Source of the DNA: Octopus bimaculoides | Taxonomy: Eukaryota | DNA length: 52,739 nt | Direction of reading: 5' to 3' | NCBI RefSeq assembly: GCF_001194135.2 | Contig: NC_068984.1 | Location: forward strand, 34,901,779 to 34,954,517 | In this document: piece by piece, positions 1-12,197 of the stretch | Numbering within the stretch: position 1 is the stretch's first letter | Layout of the letters: every line of letters starts with the position of its first letter | Notes under the pieces: generated by a model | The model's input: the letters and a program-made list of their open reading frames with translations, nothing else | Databases searched by the model: none | What the model was told of the DNA's origin: nothing | Position numbers and translations under genes: made by a program

Positions 1-3000
1 CAAAACAAAAGTCAAACATAAAATAATAATAATATAAAGAGCGCTCGAGAGAGAGGGAGGGAGGGAGGGAGAGAGAGAAAGAGAGAGAGACAGACAGACA
101 TATTGGGTGTTAAAGCGGGTAACTTCTGCAACAAGTATATATGTTGTGTATCGAAATCTTGTTGCTTTTAAAATGCATCTTAAGACCGTTTTACTTAAAC
201 ATAATATCGTCTGCAGATTCTCTACGCTCTCTTACTATTAACTTCATCTACACCTGCAACTTCAGATTCCTCATGCTTCTGGGTATATTCGCGAGAAAGA
301 GTTGATTCCACGGAATATATATTTTCATTAGAACACTTTTGCTTGTATAATGAGGACATCAAGATAATCGAGATATGTACTTCGTTCTAATGTTTATTAT
401 TGAGTATATTTCAAGGAATTATATTGTATTGTCGTGAGGGATATTAACGTATGTGCATGTATAAGTTAAAGATAAATATATTTACATAGATAAATATATA
501 AGTTTGTGTGCATGCAAAGATTATTTTGACAGCGACGTTCACTCTTTCAATTTTCGTTTTAAAGATTCAAATTATCGCGTATGACTNNNNNNNNNNNNNN
601 NNNNNNNNNNNNNNNNNNNNNNNNNNNNNNNNNNNNNNNNNNNNNNNNNNNNNNNNNNNNNNNNNNNNNNNNNNNNNNNNNNNNNNNNNNNNNNNNNNNN
701 NNNNNNNNNNNNNNNNNNNNNNNNNNNNNNNNNNNNNNNNNNNNNNNNNNNNNNNNNNNNNNNNNNATATATATATATATATATATACATGTATGTATAT
801 ATAATACATATATGCATATACATATATGTGTATGTCAGTGTATGTGTATGATTGTGTTTACGTATATACGTGTCTTTATAATCATTTTTAACACGCGAAT
901 TATTTATTTTAGTAGTATAGCTGTTTTTTGTCAAGTGTTATTTGATATGTCTCGTCTAAATGCTTGCCGTGATCTGAAGTAAAGCCAATTACAAATCAAG
1001 TCACGCAAAGTCTCCCTTTTACATTGACATCTGTGATTGCTTTTGCTTGGAAAACTGTCAAATTTACTGGGAATCGATCCAAGCAATAATTGCTAAGTCA
1101 CCAAGATCATGACAATGGCAAGACAAAAGATAATACAACAACATTTTTTAATGAATGGTACGTAAGAATGGAATTAAAATAAGAGCTAAAGCAAAAATGA
1201 AATAAATAATGAAATCGTACGATGAAAAAATATACTATTAAATAATTATCATTAGAATTATAGTCATTGTAAATATCTTTAACTAACATTAATGGCTTTA
1301 TGAATATAACCATTTTACCAGTAATTGAAAATGAAGGCTCAAGCAGATAGGAAAGATTGCATGTTTATAGGGTGTTTATTCTGGTAAATATCTCTTGTTT
1401 TTAAATCTCGATTGGATATTGATTTTCTTTGATAAGTTTAACGAAATTCTGATTGATTAATTAATGTGTTGGTTTCCATTGAATGATAGAATGATTGAGT
1501 AATTAGTTATTTGAATGTCATTGATTAAATAAGTTGATTGTTGATTAAAGACGGTGTTTGATTTTTTACATGCTTTTTAGTGTTTAGGTGGTGATTGTCT
1601 TTTTTTTTTGATTAATGATATATTAATTGATTTAATTAAATGACAAATTGTTTGGAATCGAAGTCTTATTTAATATCATAATACGTAAAAGAGACTCAAA
1701 TTTATGGGCCATTTCTTCAAAAGCTATATTGTAATAATTTGCACAAATGGTTATTAACAGAATTGTAGAGTATTGCGTGAGTCTGAAAACCAATACCTTC
1801 TCGTTTCACTAACGATTGCCCGTCCATTATTGAATAGAAAGCACTAATTTAAAACAATACATCGTATTGCAACAGTATCAATTTAAGAAAGAAGGAAAGG
1901 GATAACTTTACACTAGAGATTCATTACTGTCATGAATTTTAAGTAATGAAACGTGTAATGTAAATAGAATTGCAAATGTGTCCCATCCAGTTAAATTTCA
2001 TAATACCCCCAGAAGGCTACAAAGATAATAATAAAGGTTTTGACAGCTCAACCATTTTTTCAAATCCCAAGTTTATAAGCATGAATATATTTGCTACACA
2101 ACTTCAACACATTTCACAAAATTTAGAAAGAAAGTATTTCTATTTTATAAATGTGTCCCTGGGGCATTAGGGAAGACTATTCGATTCTGAGTCGATACTG
2201 TTTTGTTAATACTCTTCACTGAAAAGTTATTTACAAATAGAAAACCACTGCAAATTCGGGAAAACAATGACTTGTAAATACAAATAACAATTTTAGATGT
2301 CAAGGCATTCATGCCTTTCCTTAAATCACTGGTTGTGCGTGTGTATCTCACCACAATATGTTTAGCTAATTGTAATGTGCTGTACATCAAATGTCACCTC
2401 AGGCAATAATAGAAATAGCTGTTTAAATTTTCAGAAAAAAATGCATTGCAACTGAAAGGATAAATATCACAGTTTAATAGCAAAAGAACGTTGAAAGAAA
2501 TATTGTTAAGAATCAGCGTTTGAACTGCCAAAAACTAAAAACTATGCAAAGCAGTAGACAGACACCTCGTGGCAAAAGACAAGAAAATTAATACAATGTT
2601 TAAGAAAGGTTTTCCGATATTGTATGTTGGAATTCCAGCTACGTTATGAAGGTGAGATGTATTCAGACTTAACTTTGGCGACGTGATATGCCAATATGTT
2701 TGCCGGAACGAAAGTTCAACTTTTACAATTCTGAATACTTCATGTGTGGTCATTATATTTATTTTATTTTACTATATATATTTTTTAGCTTAATTCATTA
2801 CTTTTTTCATAATGATTAGTTTAAGATTTTGAAAATAATTTGTGTTTTTTTTGTTGTTGTTGTTGACTACTGACCTTTTCGTTACAAAAGCCTCAATACA
2901 CGAAGCCGAACAGTTCGTGTAAAAATGAGATGTATTAAAATGAATCTGCAACGTGCGTATGATATGTGACTGTTAATGATTTCGAAACTCTAATGAAAAT

Positions 3001-5192
3001 ACCGATACAACCGTAGCAAGGAACGCCGCCACCAACGCCAAGAACGCCAACAAAACTAGCAACACCTCACTAACGCTGCTATAGGTTAAAAAATATATTG
3101 AATAAAAATAGTAACTATTTCTTTCTATTTTATTAATAACAATGGTAATACTTGAATGTTCATATGCTTTTATAAATAACAAATAAAAGGAAACTAGATT
3201 GGCTACGCCCTGCCTTCATAAACAGATGCCCAAATGAATAGATTCTTTTCCCCGTTCACTTTCTGTAAATGTCCGTATGCACATGAACATGGCTTATTTG
3301 AGTATCTGCGTTTGTGTCTGTATATGTACTTGAGTGCATGTGTGTGCATATATATACATACGGAAAAGCAGATAAATAAAAGGCAGATAGTCAGTAAGAT
3401 AGATAGATAAATATATTGATAGACAGAGATGGAAATAAAGGTTTATATACACATACGTATATACATATATGTGTGTGTGTATGTGTGCATGTGCGCGAGA
3501 AAGAGTGCGTGCGCGCGCGAAAGTGTGTTCTTAATAGGAAGTAAAGAATTCTAGAAATATTCATTCGGTATATTGCGACTGAATCAAAGGTGTTTTTTTT
3601 TTTACTTTTCGTTTTCAGAAAAGTTTTCAGATAATCACTTTCGGCAAAAATAGCCTACTTTTAAATCTTAAACATTTTACTTACTAATATTACATTTTCA
3701 ATAGGAACACGAAAAGAATATTATACATGCATGTAATTACATACACATACACATACACGTATATATTGCATAAAATTCTCGGTAATAGTTCTATGTATCC
3801 GTACGAAATGGGCTGTGAATTTGCAAAAATGTTACAGCAACAGTCACAATTTAGTACTTGATATGTATGCAGATTATTTCCATACCCAACAGTCATAAAT
3901 ATCTCTTTTCTCTTCTCTGAGGTATGAGAAACATGTAACCTTTGAAGTAACTGATCCACTTTAATATGGATTGTCTATATTGTGTAAAACAATTTATTGT
4001 GATCTTATTCGATACATGTCTCTTTTTTTCCCCGTACATTTTAAACTGTCTGTACAAGATATTTCTGTGCTATATGTTTGGGTAGTTATGGTATATTACA
4101 TATATTACATATGTGATACCATACAAGTAATTGAACAATCTAGCCGATAATATGTTGTTGTGCTAAAATTACGCTCTACTGTTCAAGCAAGATCACGCTT
4201 GGAGTACGTCATATCAAAGGTCTGTTGAATCTGGTTTGGCATATACATAAATAAACAAAAGAACGTCTAAAAGTGTTTAGAAATACCAGTATAAGAAGTG
4301 AATGCTTTGTATACATTGAAGTATCCATGTGAAGATGCATATTTACATTACATAAAAACACATATATTGTCAGTGTGCGCCTCCGTATGTATGTACGTAT
4401 GTATGTATGTATGTATGTATGTATGTATGTATATATATANNNNNNNNNNNNNNNNNNNNNNNNNNNNNNNNNNNNNNNNNNNNNNNNNNNNNNNNNNNNN
4501 NNNNNNNNNNNNNNNNNNNNNNNNNNNNNNNNNNNNNNNNNNNNNNNNNNNNNNNNNNNNNNNNNNNNNNNNNNNNNNNNNNNNNNNNNNNNNNNNNNNN
4601 NNNNNNNNNNNNNNNNNNNNNNNNNNNNNNNNNNNNNNNNNNNNNNNNNNNNNNNNNNNNNNNNNNNNNNNNNNNNNNNNNNNNNNNNNNNNNNNNNNNN
4701 NNNNNNNNNNNNNNNNNNNNNNNNNNNNNNNNNNNNNNNNNNNNNNNNNNNNNNNNNNNNNNNNNNNNNNNNNNNNNNNNNNNNNNNNNNNNNNNNNNNN
4801 NNNNNNNNNNNNNNNNNNNNNNNNNNNNNNNNNNNNNNNNNNNNNNNNNNNNNNNNNNNNNNNNNNNNNNNNNNNNNNNNNNNNNNNNNNNNNNNNNNNN
4901 NNNNNNNNNNNNNNNNNNNNNNNNNNNNNNNNNNNNNNNNNNNNNNNNNNNNNNNNNNNNNNNNNNNNNNNNNNNNNNNNNNNNNNNNNTATATATATGT
5001 ATGCCTGTATGCATGCATGTATGTATGTATGTATGTATGTATGTGTGTATGTATGTTGTCTTCTCTGTATATTTGTTTTTAATTTAAAGTTAATTTTGAC
5101 CGGTTACCAATTTAGTAGCAACGTTACGAAAGAAACTATCTCGATTTAGACATTATCCTTTAAATCTAAGTAGGTCTTGCTAACTTTTATAG

Positions 5193-5285
5193 TCCCAGAT
5201 ATCGCGATCGTCCTTAGCTTATCCATTAAGGATTTTTATTCTCTCCCCTAAGATACCAAGTTCAGCCATGCTTTGCTCCAGACAG
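5193..5285 (+). CDS. Candidate internal exon (93 nt, phase 0-0; SQISRSSLAYPLRIFILSPKIPSSAMLCSRQ), product unknown
   Basis: Branch point and acceptor GCTAACTTTTATAG, donor CAG|GTCAGT, one open frame of three, length divisible by 3. No recognised homology. Confidence 0.2.
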
Positions 5286-5723
5286 GTCAGTATGTATGTA
5301 TGTATGTATGTATAGATGGATGAAAGCATGGATGCATGGATGGATGCATGGATACATATATGTATGTATTGCGTGCGTACGTACGTGTATGTATTAATGT
5401 ATGAATAAATGTATGTATGTGCGTGCATGTATGTATGTATGTATGTATGTGTGCAAGTATGTATGTATGTATGTATGTATGTATGTACGTGCGCGCAAAA
5501 TTGATCTAATTTAGAAAATTATAGTAATTTCGAGAATGACAAGTGTAGAAAGTGGAACACTTGTAACATCTCCTTCCACGGAGTTACAATTATATGTATT
5601 CCATTCCTTTTTAACGATTACTGAAAGGTACGCAATAAAATAGTTCAGATAGCGAAAGGCAGAAATGTGATATTTCAATCAATAAAAAAAAAAAGACTTT
5701 ATTTGATAGACGGAAACTATGGG

Positions 5724-5792
<69 letters not shown>

Positions 5793-6049
5793 CTCTCTCT
5801 NNNNNNNNNNNNNNNNNNNNNNNNNNNNNNNNNNNNNNNNNNNNNNNNNNNNNNNNNNNNNNNNNNNNNNNNNNNNNNNNNNNNNNNNNNNNNNNNNNNN
5901 NNNNNNNNNNNNNNNNNNNNNNNNNNNNNNNNNNNNNNNNNNNNNNNNNNNNNNNNNNNNNNNNNNNNNNNNNNNNNNNNNNNGAGAGAGAGAGAGAGAG
6001 AGAGAGCGAAAGAGAGAGAAAGAGAGCGAAAGAGAGAGATGTATGCATT

Positions 6050-6212
6050 TGTGTGTGTATCTGTGTTTCCCTCTGCCTTGCAATCGCTTGACAATCGATT
6101 CCGGTGTGTTTATGTGCCCGTTGCCAATCGCTTTGGCATGAGACACCAACAGAATAAGTACCGGTTTACAAAGAATAAGTCCTAGGGACGAATTCTTCGA
6201 CTAAGACCCTTT
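6050..6212 (+). mobile_element. 3' tail of tRNA-derived SINE family A, degenerate
   Basis: ATCGCTTGACAATCGAT...GGTGTGTTT...AGAATAAGTAC...CAAAGAATAAGTCCT aligns by eye with the tail of the 30443-30920 copy (ATCGCTTGACAACCGAT...AGAATAAGTAC...CAAAGAATACGTCCT). Confidence 0.8.
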
Positions 6213-6298
6213 GTATGTGTGTGTATTGACACACACATATACAAGCACACACACTCACAAACGCGCACGCGCACACATACACACGCATAGATATATAT

Positions 6299-6465
6299 GG
6301 ATGACCACTAAGTGGACATCAATTATGCTAGATGTAGACCCAGAAAATTCAGCAAATGTAAGCGTTCTGGCGTTTGCTGAATTTCTTTGAGAACAATCTT
6401 TTCTTAGTGCTCAGACCATATGGGGTCTACATCTAGCATAATGGATGTCCGCTTAGTGGTCATCC
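6299..6465. mobile_element. Palindromic MITE-like element, 167 bp
   Basis: 43-bp terminal inverted repeats at 6299-6341 and 6423-6465 (2 mismatches), plus an inner perfect 12-bp inverted repeat at 6345-6356 / 6373-6384. No clear TSD. Confidence 0.75.
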
Positions 6466-6586
6466 GCCTCATATGTATGTAATATAATTTTTTTCTGAAT
6501 CTTCAGATTTTTCGATATGCTAGGCCACTGGTTTTAAATTGATATTAATCAAATTAATATTCAATTTTGCAACCTTACTATTTAAA

Positions 6587-6632
<46 letters not shown>

Positions 6633-7859
6633 TTGAGTGATTCTCCTTCGTTTTATTACAGTATAGATATTTACATAACATATATTTTTGCATGTACCAG
6701 GGCATCAATATAGATAAAAGGTTTGTTAAGGATGACTGTACAAGAAGAAACTCACATGCAAACTAATTTAAATATTATTTTTGCGCTCGTAGGCGCCCCT
6801 CTGTGTGTTTGTGTGAGGGTGTGTGTGTGTGTGTGAGTGTGTGAGCGTGTGTGTATGTGTGTGTGAGAGAGAGAGGGTGTGTGTGTGTGTGCTACAATCA
6901 TCTCCACTGGCTGTTTTCATGCATTTTACTTTTTTGATACATGCAGAATTATACACTTTTCGAGGATATTCTTTGAAGTTGCTGCCACAGCGGACAATTT
7001 ATTGATATCAAGAAACTATTACTCAAATAGTGCGTGTCATTTTCACATCGCCACACGCATATACATAGGAAATGCATATACATATACATATATATGTGCA
7101 AGTGTATATACATGTTTGTGTGTGTATATATATGTATATATATATATATATATATATGGTCAAAGACAAGCTTACTCAAGCACACGGATCGGAATACACA
7201 CGCGTACATACATAGAGCGGTGGAAAGGTAGGATGGGAAAATATCTAAAGATGAAAGCATGAAAGCACTAATTAATTAAGGGAAATGATATATTAGAGAT
7301 TATATGTTGGGATAGTTAGAGACAAATCTATTCCTGAATACACAAACGCACAATCATATGTATATGTGTATATACACACTCACGCGCACACACATCCATA
7401 TACAAATATATTTACATTTAGCCGAAACTAATAATATGCAGGAGGCAGGAGGTGTGTATGCATTATGCAAAAGTTTCTATAGAATATTTATAAGGGAGAT
7501 GTTAATTGTTAATTAATAAGGATGCTGTCGATACTAGACGAATTACTAAGTGCAAATTATCATTCCATATTCAATTACAAGTATATTTACTGCTCGTCTG
7601 CTAATGCATGCCGCTGATTATATAGCCAGATCATAGTAATTTTTATGTAATATCTCCATAGGCAAAGTATTCGTCAAAACATAGAATGCATATGAACGAG
7701 TAACATTGTCTAATATACAAATACACACACACACATCACCTGTGTAAAATTGTGTTAAACTAATTTACAAAGGTACGTAAATATAGCATTGAAATTTGAT
7801 GTTCGACGGGAATGGAAAAATACATTATATCTATAACTATAACTATAACTATATATATA

Positions 7860-8024
7860 GGCGCAGGAGTGGTTGTGTGGTAAGTAGCTTGCTTACCAAC
7901 CACATAGTACCGGGTTCATTCCCACTGCGTCGCACCTTGGGTAAGTGTCTTCTACTATAGCCTCGGGCCGACCAAAGCCTTGTGAGTGGATTTGGTAGAC
8001 GGAAACTGAAAGAAGCCCGTCGTA
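7860..8024 (+). mobile_element. SINE family A, tRNA-derived head and core, running into (TA)n
   Basis: GGCGCAGGAGTGG..TGGTAAGTAGC (A-box-like), GGTTCATTCCC (B-box-like), core ACCTTGGGTAAGTGTCTTCTACTATAGCCTCGG. Closely matches 30443-30597. Confidence 0.9.
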
Positions 8025-8069
<45 letters not shown>

Positions 8070-8423
8070 GTATATATACATATATACATACATATATGGG
8101 TACAGGACGTCACCAACGGTGCAAATAACATGAAATACGTAAACAACGAGAAACAAATGGAGAACAGGACAAGGAAACACATAGAAAGAACCTTTCATCA
8201 GATGTCGGATGTCCATGTGTATCCCACTTCGAACATTCAACGACAAAGTTCTAATAGAACAGGAGCTGCCGTTGGGTTTGCAACATCGGCAGCTAAATGT
8301 AAAATGTTGGCGCAGGTCTTAATGCGGTTCAATAAGTTTTCAATAAAATCACTGGAGAATGCAATCAGAGACATTTTAAATTGCCTCAAATATTCAGAAA
8401 GCACCATCCCAAAAAATTTTGTA

Positions 8424-9141
8424 TGAGGATATCTGATACAAGTCGTGTGTGATGCCGATGGCTCGGTTTATAGCTGATTGGAAAGTGAAAATCATTCTAT
8501 CTGTGCAAAGCGCTAGCTTTCAAGTTAAAACAACATGAGGCTGCAATATGTTGTGTTTTCTCATTTGAAAAGAACTTCCATCACGGCCAAAAAGTAAACC
8601 AAAAGTTATGCTTAGAGCCGAATGAAGTTATACAGAGACCTGAATCTGGATCCCACTGTCATGCGTACTGAGATCCCAGCAACAGGTTTTAGGTGTCGTC
8701 AGCAATGAAACAAATGTCATGCCTCCTTACATTGTATTTTCTTTTTTTCATGGAGCTTAAAAACAATGACCTGTTTACAGAAGTGCGTTGGAGGATGTCG
8801 TGAGGCCCAGGATAGACAAAATTAAGCAACAGAACCTCTGTCTTCCAGCCTCTACGCCATCTCAGAGGACAACACAAGCGTGAATGCGTGATCGATGTGT
8901 GATCAATGATTTTCTCCTGACGTATGTCAATCTAGCTAACCAATCCTGAATCCACTGGACTCGTATATATGGCTCATAGATGAGGGAAAGGTTAATGAAC
9001 AACCCATACCATTTGTCAAGTCGTTGATAAAAGATAAACAGTACTGTCGAAAATTCATAAAGATCATCATATTCGAGCATGTCAACGCATACGACCCACA
9101 TTGAAACAATCATTCATGCTGACGTTTGATTCATTGAATAG
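8424..9141 (+). mobile_element. Decayed Tc1/mariner transposase, maT/DD37D-like
   Basis: Frameshifted motifs in the expected order: EDI*YKSCVM, VFSFEKNF (FSDEKNF-like), VMRTEIPAT, VLGVVSNETNVMPPYI, LEDVVRPRIDKI, LNPLDSYIW, IETIIHADV*FIE*. Subfamily assigned from motif resemblance; D-D spacing not countable. Confidence 0.8.
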
Positions 9142-9635
9142 GTGTGATAAAAACTTCTCAAGAGTATTTGTACCGTTCGATGAGCTATGCCTTTTGCCGT
9201 AAATTCATACAAATGACCTCAAAATGGAACACACACAGAATGTTTGTTTTTTTTCCAATCATGTTCTTTTAGTTATTCAATCATCTGCACTTCCTCAGCA
9301 CGAGGGCTTTCTTTAAAATACATTAGGTTTATTTATTTTTAAGCAGAACACCTAGACACAACTGCCGAATATCAAACAGCTTATTTCGCAAATCATATAT
9401 TATGATATTTATATAGTATTTTCTTTTCCCTCTTTAACATTTTTAATCATATATCTTCCCAATATAGCAGTAATTTTGATATATCTCATGCTTATCACCA
9501 ACACTATTTTGTATTATCCTCCATCATCTTCAACATCACAATCAACTTCATCAAGATCATCTTCATCACCTTCAACCTCATCCTGATCATCATCATTAAT
9601 ATTTTTCTCGGTATTATTATCAAATATCTCCTTGT

Positions 9636-9670
9636 TGTCTTCTTCTTCTTCTTCTTCTTCTTCTTCTTCT

Positions 9671-9703
<33 letters not shown>

Positions 9704-9769
9704 CCTCCTCGTCTTCTTCTTCTTCTCCTCCTCCTCCTCCTCCCTCTTCTTCTTCTTCTTCTTCTTCTT

Positions 9770-9818
<49 letters not shown>

Positions 9819-9845
9819 GTTTTATTATTATTATTGAATAATAAT
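9636..9845. repeat. Compound trinucleotide microsatellite (TCT)n-(CTC)n-(ATT)n
   Basis: Directly visible; explains the poly-R/E/S/L/I ORFs in the track. Confidence 0.95.
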
Positions 9846-10933
9846 AATGTTAACACATGCAGTAGCAGCAACTGCAGCAACGGCAGCACCACTGAATTCC
9901 TCATTCCTCGCCTAATCGAATTTTTTTACTTTCTAAACACACACACGCACACACACGCACAAACACACACAGAAACACACTCTCACACAAACGTAGGCAT
10001 ACACGTGATATGAAAGGTGAAATAATAAAAAAAAAGTTATGCAAACAACATAATTTTCAATTTGGAAAATTTTAGATAATGATTTAGTGATAGGAATAAT
10101 AATAAACAAACACAATTATTTGCAATAAAATTACATTACGTAACATAGAATTTCAATTTGATAGGAATTGCAAGTTGATGAGAATGTTTGAATTTTTCTC
10201 GTATACGATACTGCAAATGCTATTTAAGGTATTACCTTCTCTAGCACAAAGTTGAAGAGTACAGGATGAATAAGGAAAGAAGTCGGTAATTGCTTATAAA
10301 CTCAGTAATTTATTTACGTGTACCTAATCTTCCACTTTCTGGTAAAATAATTTTGTATTCTTTTTTTTCTTTTTCAACGAAAATTTATTGTTTTATATAT
10401 GTCTCGCTATCTCACTGTATTTTAATAAATGTACGTATACATATGTGTTTGTGCGTGTATACAGACACACACAAACACACAACGCACACACAGATATATA
10501 TGAAGACATACACTCACAAACATACATATATCTATATCTAAATATATATATTTATAAATATATATATATACACATATATATATATGTATATATATGTGTT
10601 TTCTACATGTATCTACCTATGTAGCTATATACCTATCTATCTTTCTGTGTGTGCATATATATNNNNNNNNNNNNNNNNNNNNNNNNNNNNNNNNNNNNNN
10701 NNNNNNNNNATATATATGTATGTATATATATATATATATATATATACAGATATATATGTATATATATTCGGATAAGAAAAGAAACGGAGCAAGAATTAAC
10801 AATTAGAATTTGATTATTGTTATTAAGAACCATAGTTTAATTGTAGTTCAAAAACATTTACAGCTGTTTCAATTTGTTTTCAAAGTAAATTTGCATTCAT
10901 CTCGTTCCATATAACAAACATCGTCAGAATGAT

Positions 10934-11071
10934 TTAGAGTTTATCGGAGTCTTTGCTGTTCTTGTGATAGTTAGTCTCTGTTTGGTTCTTCTTATTATAG
11001 AATGAATCTTTCCATCGTAAATGGTGTGTGAAGTCTGTTAAATGTCTTCGTAATTTCTCATCTGACTTCAT
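10934..11071 (-). mobile_element. Possible fragment of a Penelope-like element N-terminal region
   Basis: Minus frame MKSDEKLRRHLTDFTHHLRWKDSFYNKK resembles the F-x-R-x-L-R-W-K-x-x-F motif of PLE ORF N-termini. Single short motif only. Confidence 0.25.
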
Positions 11072-12149
11072 TTTAACGATAGATGTGTCTCGTGATTCCT
11101 TAAAGAAATACTATTTCTATCTCTCTGAGTTAGAATCTTTTGCATTGTAGCTTCTCTAACCTGTTTCAATTTTCATCTGTAGAGATACCCATAATTCTAA
11201 TAATTTCAGAAGTATGACCCTGAAAACTTTTGAACAAGAGACGGGGTGTGCATATTTTGCTTTTGTTTTTTTTTCTTTTTGAGAAGCAGGTAATGCATAC
11301 AGGTGTTCTGTCTTAAGACCACCAATGTTCTCATGAAAGGTGATGGTCGACAGTATTTTCCTTTAATATCATCACTTACATGGCTTAAAAATGTGTAGTG
11401 CCGAAAGAAAAAGCCATGCTTCATGATCCACAATGGTTTTCGACATATTACTCTGATTCAGTGATACTTTATTGACAGCGGATTAGATGTGTAAGAAAAA
11501 TAATGAAATAGTGTTGCAAGGTTATGTTCAGGATGAAAGAAAATGACGATTTTTGAAAATACATTCAAGCTATTTTTGTTTGAATATCTTGCAATAGTAC
11601 TCTATTTCTGTTGTTAATATCTAAAAAAAAGCTTACAATTATCATATATATGCAAGAGCGACAGAAGAACAAGCGGAGATTGGTATCAGAAAGAGAAAAA
11701 AAATTGTGATATATTTGTTGACGGCTTGTCGCAAACAAAATCGTAATTATTTATAACGTAAATGGCGGATATTCAACAGGATTTTGTTTGCATTTCGGCA
11801 CGAGAACAGTCGTAGATATTTCAACTGACAGCCCATAAAAACCTCCAAAAAAGATGCCATTGGTTGTAATGGGTTTTGCATAACTGGTTTAGCAATTGCT
11901 CTTATGATACTAACGAATGTAATGATATTCGCACATATGTGTATTTAAATCTAATGAGTTGCAGTTGCATTATACACCTTTGTGAATAAAAGTAAAATGA
12001 CAATCGTTATATCATTTCTTGTTATATTTTATTCAGAACGTGGGTGTGACACCGAGCGGAAAATCAAATTCCATTCATCATATGCGTGTGTATGTGCGTG
12101 TGTGCGTTCGCGTACGTGTGTGCGCGTGAATGTGTTCATATGTATGTGC

Positions 12150-12197
<48 letters not shown>

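Noticed and set aside
3860-3900. Minus-strand FMTVGYGN resembling a K+ channel selectivity filter
   Set aside because: No pore helix or TM context, and the splice phases give no channel-like exon.
5180-5290. Minus-strand MAELGILGERIKIL resembling a SAM domain or RTE LINE end
   Set aside because: Fourteen residues bounded by a microsatellite and a stop, with no acceptor; cannot be told from chance.
8150-8240. Minus-strand CTGATGA followed by an AAGG/CCTT stem
   Set aside because: GTCC follows instead of GAAA, and no helix III or cleavage triplet can be built in any permutation.
9514-9640. Acidic minus-strand ORF (DDDQDEVEGDEDD)
   Set aside because: Continuous with the (TCT)n repeat; best explained as a decayed trinucleotide microsatellite.
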